From Terriglobia bacterium (GTDB lineage: Bacteria; Acidobacteriota; Terriglobia; UBA7540), in contig JBEKUI010000094.1 in the NCBI GenBank assembly GCA_049515175.1, forward strand, positions 1 to 14,617: 14,617 bases of DNA. The letters are read 5' to 3'. Below the pieces are notes generated by a model. That model was not told the DNA's origin. It did not search any database and was given only the letters and a program-made list of their open reading frames with translations. The position numbers and the translations under genes were made by a program. This document shows positions 7,700 to 14,617 of this stretch, one piece after another (positions within the stretch are counted from its first letter, which is position 1; each line of letters opens with the position of its first letter).

Positions 7700-7744
7700 G
7701 AGATTAGCTTGGCGGGGCGCGTCCGTCATTCTATTCTCCTCTCG

Positions 7745-7795
7745 AATGCTCACCCGCTAGTTTGGCGGCGACGTCAACTCAAGCGGGTGAGCATT
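7745..7795 (+). repeat. Perfect 14-bp inverted repeat (AATGCTCACCCGCT … AGCGGGTGAGCATT) with a 23-nt partly self-pairing loop, 15 nt upstream of the tRNA.
   Basis: 7745..7758 is the exact reverse complement of 7782..7795. The loop AGTT-TGGCGGCGACGTC-AACT-CA can pair 4 more bp (AGTT/AACT), and its centre is the palindrome GACGTC. A T-rich tract (TTTCTATCTCT) follows. Confidence 0.5.
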
Positions 7796-7809
7796 TCTAT
7801 CTCTGCCCG

Positions 7810-7885
<76 letters not shown>

Positions 7886-7989
7886 GCCTTATGACAACAC
7901 TTCATCGGCCATCACTAGCTATTGCTGCGCGAGCATAACATTTAGCCCGGCGCCTTTGTGCTTCACCTCGTTTCGAGAATATTTGGGAG

Positions 7990-7995
7990 TATAAT
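7990..7995 (+). promoter_or_regulatory. Possible -10 hexamer (TATAAT) for the DegT-like gene.
   Basis: An exact TATAAT lies 62 nt upstream of the ATG at 8058. No convincing -35 is found at a 16-18 nt spacing. Confidence 0.2.
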
Positions 7996-8057
7996 TCCGG
8001 CCGGTTGACACCCTGGGACTGAGACCTGTCCTCGCTGGATGAAAGGAGTGTTCAGAT

Positions 8058-9386
8058 ATGGCAAAGCGCCACCTGACGCGTCGAGAGTTTCTGGCAAAGA
8101 CATCTGCAAACTTGGCGGCGGCAAGCGCCGTTCCGCTCGGTGTCGCCATGACAGCCAATGCGGGAGTGCCCGCCCTGGAAGGCGGCTCGCCGGTCCGCAC
8201 CAAACCTTTTCCTATTTGGCCGGCGACCGACGAACTCGACGAGGCGCACATTCTCAAGGCGTTGCGCAACCATCGCTGGTGCACCTACGATGGCGAATTC
8301 GTCCCCAAGTTCGAGAAAGCCTGGGCAGAGAAGTTGGGCGCCCGGGGCGCTGTGATGACACCCTGCGGGACGCACGCCCTTCACACCGCGCTGGAGGTGC
8401 TCGACATCAGCCCCGGTGACGAAGTATTAGTTTCTCCTTACACTTACATTGCTACCATCGACGCCATTCTGATGACCTACGCGCTGCCGGTCTTCGTGGA
8501 TTCCGATCCCGCCACATTTCAGATGGACCCGGAAGATATCGAGCGCCGGATTACAGAGCACACGCGCGCCATCTTGCCGGTGCACATTTACGGTACACCA
8601 GCAAACCTCGACCGGATTCTGGCCATTGGCGCGAAGCACAATCTGCCCGTGATTGAGGACGCATGCCAGTCCCACTTGGCGGAATGGCGGGGCAAGCGCC
8701 TGGGGACGCTGGGGACGGTGGGCTGCTTCAGCTTTCAGGAAACTAAGATTCTGCCCGGCGGCGAAGCGGGAGCGCTGGTCAGTAATCGCGCCGACCTGAT
8801 CGAACGGGCCTTTGTCTTCCGCGATTTCGGCCGTGACCCCAAGCAGTCCAACCGATATGTCGTTCGCGGGACGAAGTATCGCATCTCCGACTTCGCCGCC
8901 GCCGTGCTGATGGCCCAGATAACTCGCTTCGAAGAAGTCTGCGCCCGGCGCGAAAAGAACGCCGCCTATCTCAAGGAAGAAATCCGCAGAGTTCCCGGGA
9001 TTACGCCGCAACAGCATTATCCTGAGTCCACCCGCCAGACCTACTACCGCTTCGGCCTGCGCTACAACAAGGAACAGTTCCACGGGCTTGAGCGCGGGAA
9101 GTTGTGCCGCGCGCTCGCTGCGGAAGGCATTCCCGCCGAGGAAGGTTACAGCGCGCTCAACCGGGACCCCTTTATCGAGAACACCCTTAATTCGCGCGGC
9201 TATCGCGCCATCTATTCCAAGGAGCGCCTGGACCGCTACCGAGCACAGAACCAATGCCCCAGGAACGACGAACTCTGCGCCACGGCCCTGGCCCTTCCCC
9301 ACGAGGTGCTTCTCGGCAGCAGGCAGGATGTCGATGACGTGGTCGCGGCCTTTGCCAAGGTGCAGAAGAACTCCTCCACGCTCTGA
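8058..9386 (+). CDS. DegT/DnrJ/EryC1/StrS-family PLP-dependent aminotransferase (or dehydratase) with an N-terminal twin-arginine (Tat) signal peptide.
   Basis: AAGGAG lies 9 nt before the ATG. The N-terminus, MAKRHLTRREFLAKTSANLAAASAVPLGVAMTANA|G, has the Tat consensus T-R-R-x-F-L-x-K, an h-region and an AxA cleavage site. The mature part reads FEKAWAEKLGARGAVMTPCGTHALHTAL…GDEVLVSPYTYIATIDAI…LPVHIYGTPANLDRILAIGAKHNLPVIEDACQSH…GCFSFQETKILPGGEAGALV, a typical DegT-family fold-type I layout. The FSFQETK lysine sits at the Schiff-base position. Confidence 0.88.
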   Translation: MAKRHLTRREFLAKTSANLAAASAVPLGVAMTANAGVPALEGGSPVRTKPFPIWPATDELDEAHILKALRNHRWCTYDGEFVPKFEKAWAEKLGARGAVMTPCGTHALHTALEVLDISPGDEVLVSPYTYIATIDAILMTYALPVFVDSDPATFQMDPEDIERRITEHTRAILPVHIYGTPANLDRILAIGAKHNLPVIEDACQSHLAEWRGKRLGTLGTVGCFSFQETKILPGGEAGALVSNRADLIERAFVFRDFGRDPKQSNRYVVRGTKYRISDFAAAVLMAQITRFEEVCARREKNAAYLKEEIRRVPGITPQQHYPESTRQTYYRFGLRYNKEQFHGLERGKLCRALAAEGIPAEEGYSALNRDPFIENTLNSRGYRAIYSKERLDRYRAQNQCPRNDELCATALALPHEVLLGSRQDVDDVVAAFAKVQKNSSTL

Positions 9387-9555
9387 CGCGTGCCCCCGCC
9401 GCGAATATTCTTGGGTAGCGCCTCGCCGCCCGCGAGCGACCGAAGCCGCGAGTGTCATCTCGACCGTTTGGAGTTGTGTCTTGATCCCCGCGGGCTTTTG
9501 TCGTTAATATCCGTCCTCGCAGTAAAGGAGAGTCGAGTTCCCCGGGAGGGTCGAA

Positions 9556-11100
9556 ATGCGTCGTCGTATTTTGTGCTCTATATCGCTCGCAGTCGTCTGC
9601 TTGTTTTTTTCATCGCCCCAGGGATGGGCGGAAGTCAAGGTCAATGCCCTGTTCGCCGACAATATGGTTTTGCAGCGGGGCATCAAGGCGCCCGTGTGGG
9701 GAACGGCGGACCCGGGCGAAGAGGTTACAGTAACGCTGGGGAGCCAAAAGGCGTCCGCGACGGCCGATTCACAGGGGCGCTGGAAGGCCGAGCTTGCGCC
9801 GATGCCGGCCGGGGGTCCGTTCGAGATGACGGTCGCCGGGAAGAACTCGCTCACGCTTCACAACGTCGCCGTGGGTGAAGTCTGGATTTGCTCGGGACAA
9901 TCCAACATGGAAATGGCGGTTACCAACGGGCGGGGCGGAGTCCACAACGCCGAGCAGGAGATAGCGACGGCGAATTATCCGATGATCCGTCACTTTGGCG
10001 TGAAGAAAGCCGTGGCTGGGAAGCCCCAGACGGACGTGGAAGGCCAATGGCTCGTTGCCAGCCCGCAGACCGCCGGACAGTTCACTGCGGTGGGCTACTT
10101 CTTCGGGCGCGAGATTCATCGCAAGCTCGGAGTGCCCGTGGGACTGATTCACACTTCCTGGGGCGGAACGCCCGCCGAGGCCTGGACCAGCCACGGGTCC
10201 CTGGCCGGCGATCCCGCGCTCGCTTCCATCGTTTCAGATTGGGAGAAGAAACTCGCCGACTACCCGGCCCAGCTTGAGAAGTACCGCCATGAGCTCGACG
10301 AATGGAGCCGCGCCTCGCAGCAGGCGGAAGCCGGCGGCAAGGCGGCGCCGCGGCCTCCCGAATTTCCGGACGATCCGCAAAGCAGTTCGTGGCGCGCTTC
10401 CGGTCTTTTCAACGCCATGATTGCGCCGCTGATTCCCTTTGGGATTCGCGGTGCCATCTGGTACCAGGGCGAATCCAACGCCGACCGCGCCGGGCAATAC
10501 CGCAAGCTCTTTCCGGCCATGATCTCGGACTGGCGGCGCGCCTGGGGCGAAGGAGAATTTCCGTTCCTGTTCGTGCAGCTCGCCGGCTTTGAGGATTCAG
10601 GCACCTGGCCGGAATTGCGCGAGGCACAGGCTATGACTCTCTCCCTCCCCAAAACCGGCATGGCGGTTGCTGCCGACATTGGCGAGCGCTACGACATTCA
10701 CCCCAAAAACAAACAGGAAGCCGGTCGCCGCCTGGCGCTGGCCGCGGAAGTCATCGCCTACGGCAAGAACGTTGAATACTCCGGCCCGGTTTACGACCGC
10801 ATGAAGGTCGAAGGAAACCACGTCACTCTTCAATTCAAACGTCGCGGAGGAGGGTTGGTCGTGCGGGGGCGCGCACTCTCGGGATTCGAAATCGCCGGGG
10901 ACGATCGAAAGTTCGTGCCCGCCGAAGCTCAAATTCAGGGTGGTAACGTCGTCGTGAGCAGTCCCAAAGTGGCCAAGCCGGCCGCAGTGCGCTACGCCTG
11001 GCGGGATTTTCCCGAGTGCAGCCTTTACAACAAGGCCGGATTGCCTGCCCCGCCCTTCCGCACGGATGATTGGCCAGGTGCGAAGCCCGAGAAGAACTAG
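9556..11100 (+). CDS. Secreted sialate O-acetylesterase-family protein (SASA/DUF303, an SGNH-type carbohydrate esterase).
   Basis: GGGAGGG lies 5 nt before the ATG. The signal peptide is MRRRILCSISLAVVCLFFSSPQGWA. The family blocks are GEVWICSGQSNME (the nucleophile GQSN motif), LIHTSWGGTPAEAW and GAIWYQGESNA (the second conserved SASA block). The 514-aa size is typical of this family. Confidence 0.85.
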   Translation: MRRRILCSISLAVVCLFFSSPQGWAEVKVNALFADNMVLQRGIKAPVWGTADPGEEVTVTLGSQKASATADSQGRWKAELAPMPAGGPFEMTVAGKNSLTLHNVAVGEVWICSGQSNMEMAVTNGRGGVHNAEQEIATANYPMIRHFGVKKAVAGKPQTDVEGQWLVASPQTAGQFTAVGYFFGREIHRKLGVPVGLIHTSWGGTPAEAWTSHGSLAGDPALASIVSDWEKKLADYPAQLEKYRHELDEWSRASQQAEAGGKAAPRPPEFPDDPQSSSWRASGLFNAMIAPLIPFGIRGAIWYQGESNADRAGQYRKLFPAMISDWRRAWGEGEFPFLFVQLAGFEDSGTWPELREAQAMTLSLPKTGMAVAADIGERYDIHPKNKQEAGRRLALAAEVIAYGKNVEYSGPVYDRMKVEGNHVTLQFKRRGGGLVVRGRALSGFEIAGDDRKFVPAEAQIQGGNVVVSSPKVAKPAAVRYAWRDFPECSLYNKAGLPAPPFRTDDWPGAKPEKN

Positions 11101-11143
11101 GCAGGAGTCAGTCGCCCGGCGAACCGAGCGCAGAACCGGCACC

Positions 11144-12403
11144 TCAGCGCGTTGCGACAAAGAGGCAAGCGGCGAGGCTGGCAACAAAGAGTGCGGCAAA
11201 GAGCGGCATGATGACGCGGCGCAGCGACGCGCCGCCTGTCAGCATGGCGATCCCGCCTTTCACCAGGGTATTCATCGCGCAGGCGAGCAGGATGGAAGCT
11301 CCGGCGGTACCTGGCGCCAGAACATTCTCCCGCGCCAGGCGCGCCATCGAAACGGTGATGGCGTCCACGTCAGTCAAACCCGCCAGCCCGCTCGCGATAT
11401 AAACCCCCGCCGAGCCAAAGTAGTGGTGCGCAGCGCTCGCCCCGAACAGCACCACCGCAAATAGCAGCGCGAACTTCACCGCCTGGCCGAGCTCCATGGG
11501 GTTCTTTACATCCAGGCGCGCGTCCGCCTCGCCCCCGCGGTTTCTCCATAGGAAAACGACTAGCCCGATCCCCAGTACTCCCGGCGCAAGAATGGGCAGA
11601 ATCAATCCACGCGCCAGGTTTGAATCAATCACGACAACCAGGAAGAGCACGCGGAAATACATGATGGTGGAGGCGATGATGATCCCCAGCGCAAAGTACC
11701 GGGCCACAGCTTGCCCCGCCTCGCGCGCCTTCTGAGAAAGGCCGGCGGTCGTTGCAGTGCTTGACGCGAGGCCGCCCAGGAAGCCCGTCACGGCGATGCC
11801 CTGCCGCGCGCCCAGGAAGCGCATCAGCACATAGCCCAGCATGCTGACAGCGGAAATCAGCACCACCATCCACCACACGACGCGTGGGTTGACCACGCCG
11901 AACGGCCCAAAGGCGCGGTCGGGAAGCAGCGGCAACACAATAACGCTGACGATGCCGAACTTCAGGATGGCGTAGATTTCGCCTTCCTGAATCTTCTCGG
12001 CGAGTTGATGGAGCGGCGCCTTCATGGAGAGCAGCAGCGTGGTGATGACGGCGAAGGCGGCGGCGGGAATCAGAAAATCAAACGCCGTAAGGGCCCCGAA
12101 AATGAAAGTCAGGATGGCGACGAACTCAGTGGTTGCGCCCTTGTGCTGGCCCATCGCAGTCACATAGTAGGCTGTGACGGCAATGGCGATGACCCCCGCC
12201 AGCGCCACGGGCAGCAACCAGGGAAAACCCGCCCGCGCCAGCAGGCCGGAGAGGAATCCCGTCAGCGCGATGACGGGAAAAGTGCGAAACCCTGCGAAGA
12301 GCGGCTCATCGGCTTTTTGCGAATGCTGCCGCTCCAGCCCGATGAGCAAACCCATCAGCAGGACCATCCCGCCGTGATACGCAATCTCGAGGAAGGCAGG
12401 CAT
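11144..12403 (-). CDS. MgtC/SapB-family N-terminal domain fused to a DUF4010 integral membrane protein.
   Basis: The N-terminus, MPAFLEIAYHGGMVLLMGLLIGLERQ, carries the MgtC signature (…GL.IGlER…). The protein is polytopic and hydrophobic throughout, with about 10 predicted helices, and its 419-aa length fits MgtC–DUF4010 fusions. Confidence 0.85.
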   Translation of the reverse strand: MPAFLEIAYHGGMVLLMGLLIGLERQHSQKADEPLFAGFRTFPVIALTGFLSGLLARAGFPWLLPVALAGVIAIAVTAYYVTAMGQHKGATTEFVAILTFIFGALTAFDFLIPAAAFAVITTLLLSMKAPLHQLAEKIQEGEIYAILKFGIVSVIVLPLLPDRAFGPFGVVNPRVVWWMVVLISAVSMLGYVLMRFLGARQGIAVTGFLGGLASSTATTAGLSQKAREAGQAVARYFALGIIIASTIMYFRVLFLVVVIDSNLARGLILPILAPGVLGIGLVVFLWRNRGGEADARLDVKNPMELGQAVKFALLFAVVLFGASAAHHYFGSAGVYIASGLAGLTDVDAITVSMARLARENVLAPGTAGASILLACAMNTLVKGGIAMLTGGASLRRVIMPLFAALFVASLAACLFVATR

Positions 12404-12867
12404 TAGCCGGGCACGGTTTCAACCGTCACGTGGTCGCTCGAATCGAAGGCGGCGTAGTAAAGCTCCACGCGCAGGTGAGGAAAATCTCTGGCCAGAACTT
12501 GCTTCACACGCCGCAGGTCATCTTCTTGCCGGTGGCGAGGATCTGAGGACCCCAGCAAGTGAAATGGCAACTGCTTGTACCAGCCGCAATCCTCATGGGC
12601 GATGAGAATCAGCCGTTTCAACTCGTGCGTGTCAACAAGGTAGCGTATCCACTTCGAAAGCGCCCAGGAGAGCTTGGGCAAATATTCGACGAGCGTCATG
12701 CATTGTGGCCCGCCGGGCATTGCCAGCAGGTCGTAGTTGCCCTTCAGCCTCAGACCGTTGTCCAGGAAATCACGCAGCGCGGCCCCGGTACGATGGTCGC
12801 TGCATTGAAAGACCAAGGCTTCGGCGGGGGCACGATCGAAATTGAGGGAGGATTTGTATCCGTTCAT
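12403..12867 (-). CDS. Small hypothetical protein with beta-carbonic-anhydrase-like zinc-ligand motifs (CxDxR … HxxCG). Its stop overlaps the start of the MgtC-like gene.
   Basis: The 154-aa product contains LVFQCSDHRTGAAL (a C-x-D-x-R block like beta-CA CSDSR) and LILIAHEDCGWY (H-x-x-C-G like beta-CA HTDCG). The spacing is roughly 80 aa instead of the usual 60 or so, and the NAGN block is replaced by AMPGGPQ. The stop TAA overlaps the start ATG of the downstream gene as TAATG (12401..12405). Confidence 0.55.
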   Translation of the reverse strand: MNGYKSSLNFDRAPAEALVFQCSDHRTGAALRDFLDNGLRLKGNYDLLAMPGGPQCMTLVEYLPKLSWALSKWIRYLVDTHELKRLILIAHEDCGWYKQLPFHLLGSSDPRHRQEDDLRRVKQVLARDFPHLRVELYYAAFDSSDHVTVETVPG

Positions 12868-12957
12868 GGAGACCCAGTCGGCAGCCAGCAGTTAGCAGTC
12901 GGCAGTCAGACGTCCGTTGTCAGCCCTCAGCGTGCTGCAATCTGAATTCACAATTCC

Positions 12958-14553
12958 TTATTCCGCCTTCGGCTTACTACCTTCTGCCTTCCTCGCCGCA
13001 GCATCCTTGACCGTGCCGGCCACTTTGCCGCCGTCGCCCGCGCCGAGCTGTGAGAGCACCGTCGGGATGTCCAGCCCAAGGGCCTGCAATTGCTGCAACA
13101 GGCTGAAGACCAATGCCGGGCCGGTCCTCGCAATGCGCCCGATGCCTCCCGTTCCGCCGTCGCCGCCGCCGTTGCCCTGCTCGATGACCACGACCTTGTC
13201 GATGTTCCCAAGCGGAGCCGCGACCGCACCAAAGATTGCCGCCGATGCCTGCAAGACACTCGGCAGTTTCTCCAGAATGGTCTGAAGCTTCGCCGCTTCG
13301 TTGAATTGCTGCCACGCCTCGGCTTTCTTCAGGATGGCCTGCGCCTCAGCGACGCCCTGCGCTTCGATGGCGCGCGCCTGGGCGAGCCCGATTGCCTCAA
13401 CTTTGGCTGCCTCGGCGCGACCTTCCGCCTCGACCGCCGCGGCACGCCCCATACCTTCTTGCTTCAGCTTCTGCTGCTGCGCTTCGGCCAGGGCGATCTG
13501 CGCAGACTTCTGGCCCTCGGCCTCCAGAATCGCCGCCTGCTTCTTGCCCTCGGCGCGCACGATGGCCGCCTGCCGCTCGGCATCCGCAGCCTTGACGACC
13601 GTGGCTTCCAGTTCTTTCTGCCTGCGCATTACTTCCTGTTCCTGAACGCCAATCTGCTCCAGCGTCCGGGTCTTCTCGATGCGCACTTCCTCCGCCACGA
13701 CAGCCTGCCGTGCCTTGGCGTCGGCCTGGGGACCGGCCTGCGTGGCCTTGGCCTTTTCAATCTCGATTTCCGCCTGGTAGGTCGCCTGCTTCACCTGGAA
13801 GTCGCGGGCGGCGGCGGCAATCTGCGCGTCGGCGTCATACTTGGCCTTCTCGCCTTCCTGCATGGCGAGGGCGGATCTAATTTTGGCGTCGCGCGTGGCT
13901 TCGGCCTCGCCGATCGTGCCGTCACGCTTCACTTCTGCCGTGCGCTTCTTGCCCAACGCGTCGAGGTAGCCTTCCTCGTCGCTGATTTCCTGGATGGTGA
14001 GCACGTCCACGCCGATGCCCATGCGCTCCAGGTCCTGCGCGGCTTCGGAAGTCAGCTTCTGCGCGAAACTCTGCCGGTCGCTGTTCACCTCTTCGACGGT
14101 CAGAGTGCCAAGGATGGCGCGCAGGTGGCCTTCCAGAGTCTGGAAAATCACCCGCTGGATTTGCTCTTGCCCCATTTTCAGAAAGCGCTCGGCAGCGGCG
14201 GAGAGCGAGATGTCGTCCCCCTTGATTTTGACATTGGCGACTGCCTTGACGAAAATCGGCACGCCCTTTAGCGTGTAGGCCCGTTTGATTTCGAGCGGAA
14301 TGGTGAATACATTCAGCCACAGGTAATCCACCTGTTCGAGCAACGGCCAGCGGAACGCCGCGCCGCCGCGAACCATGCGGTAGCCGATGATGCGCCCGTC
14401 CGGCAAGGTGTGCTTGCGGCCACTGAAGATCGCTACGGCGTTGGGCGCCACTTTGATGTAGTTCCGGGCGAACAGCGCCATCGCCACGATCAAGGAGAGC
14501 ACGACGAGGACGACGACAAGGGGAACGAAGAATTGTGATAGGTCTGCCATCAT
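12958..14553 (-). CDS. Flotillin-family SPFH/band-7 protein (FloT-like).
   Basis: The ORF in the track starts at 14589. I prefer the ATG at 14553 or 14550, because GGGGGAGG lies 4 to 7 nt upstream and the track's extra 12 codons translate a hairpin. The N-terminal membrane hairpin is FFVPLVVVLVVLSLIVAMALF. The SPFH core is AIFSGRKHT…GYRMVRGGAAFRWPLLEQV…TIPLEIKRAYTLKGVPIFVKAVANVKI. A long Ala/Glu-rich coiled-coil typical of flotillins follows (EAEGRAEAAKVEAIGLAQARAIEAQGVAEAQAI), then a Gly-rich tail. Confidence 0.88.
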   Translation of the reverse strand: MMADLSQFFVPLVVVLVVLSLIVAMALFARNYIKVAPNAVAIFSGRKHTLPDGRIIGYRMVRGGAAFRWPLLEQVDYLWLNVFTIPLEIKRAYTLKGVPIFVKAVANVKIKGDDISLSAAAERFLKMGQEQIQRVIFQTLEGHLRAILGTLTVEEVNSDRQSFAQKLTSEAAQDLERMGIGVDVLTIQEISDEEGYLDALGKKRTAEVKRDGTIGEAEATRDAKIRSALAMQEGEKAKYDADAQIAAAARDFQVKQATYQAEIEIEKAKATQAGPQADAKARQAVVAEEVRIEKTRTLEQIGVQEQEVMRRQKELEATVVKAADAERQAAIVRAEGKKQAAILEAEGQKSAQIALAEAQQQKLKQEGMGRAAAVEAEGRAEAAKVEAIGLAQARAIEAQGVAEAQAILKKAEAWQQFNEAAKLQTILEKLPSVLQASAAIFGAVAAPLGNIDKVVVIEQGNGGGDGGTGGIGRIARTGPALVFSLLQQLQALGLDIPTVLSQLGAGDGGKVAGTVKDAAARKAEGSKPKAE

Positions 14554-14617
14554 GTTACCTCCCCCAGGCCCCTCAGGGCCTGTTTTCATTCCGCCCTTTT
14601 AACCAGCACGGTCTCTC

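Noticed and set aside
8427-9458. A 343-aa minus-strand ORF antisense to the DegT-like gene.
   Set aside because: The plus-strand product has full-length DegT-family similarity. The antisense product has no features and is Gly/Ala/Arg-rich.
9387-9555. The CCCGCGGG palindrome followed by CTTTTGTCG (about 9484..9505), considered as a terminator after the DegT-like gene.
   Set aside because: The palindrome is only 8 nt and leaves no room for a loop, so it is at best a 3-bp stem. It is too weak to call.
12874-12904. The direct repeat CAGTCGGCAG, present twice between the flotillin and CA-like genes.
   Set aside because: It is 10 bp and present only twice, which is within chance expectation for biased-composition DNA. 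There is no array structure, so it is neither CRISPR-like nor an obvious operator.
13090-14271. A 393-aa plus-strand ORF and several shorter ones antisense to the flotillin gene.
   Set aside because: The flotillin frame on the minus strand has SPFH-domain and coiled-coil signatures. The antisense products are Leu/Arg/Gly-rich and low-complexity.
14554-14589. The 12-codon N-terminal extension of the flotillin ORF (MKTGPEGPGGGN).
   Set aside because: It translates the leader hairpin and lies upstream of the strong GGGGGAGG ribosome-binding site. The ATG-ATG pair at 14553 and 14550 is correctly spaced from that site.

Overview
This is a GC-rich bacterial chromosomal segment of about 63% GC with dense, non-overlapping genes on both strands. 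I found no mobile-element, CRISPR or phage hallmarks. The gene content is envelope and housekeeping: flotillin, a MgtC/DUF4010 membrane protein, an AMIN-domain amidase, a Tat-exported DegT-family aminotransferase and a SASA-family esterase. That mix is reminiscent of soil Acidobacteria-like genomes, but I cannot establish the taxon from the sequence alone.
The layout from left to right is as follows.
- Minus strand 1..1110: the 5' part of an FHA-GAF-PP2C(SpoIIE) Ser/Thr phosphatase gene, which runs off the window start.
- Plus strand 1382..2131: gpmA.
- Plus strand 2177..3292: a secreted protein with one CxxCH heme motif and terpenoid-cyclase-like QW repeats.
- Plus strand 3532..7524: a cell-wall hydrolase cluster made of an SLT lytic transglycosylase, a TPR-AMIN-Amidase_3 protein, and an unknown protein with a signal peptide and a C-terminal transmembrane anchor.
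- Plus strand 7530..7800: an unusually AT-rich stretch containing a promoter-like site and a perfect 14-bp inverted repeat, followed by tRNA-Thr(CGU) at 7810..7885.
- Plus strand 8058..11100: a Tat-signal DegT/DnrJ/EryC1-family PLP aminotransferase and a secreted sialate-O-acetylesterase-family (SASA/SGNH) protein.
- Minus strand 12403..12867 and 11144..12403: a small beta-carbonic-anhydrase-like protein translationally coupled (TAATG overlap) to an MgtC/DUF4010 membrane protein.
- Minus strand 12958..14553: a flotillin (SPFH/band-7) gene.
The many long ORFs on opposite strands in the six-frame track are high-GC antisense artefacts. Each overlaps a sense-strand protein with clear family signatures.
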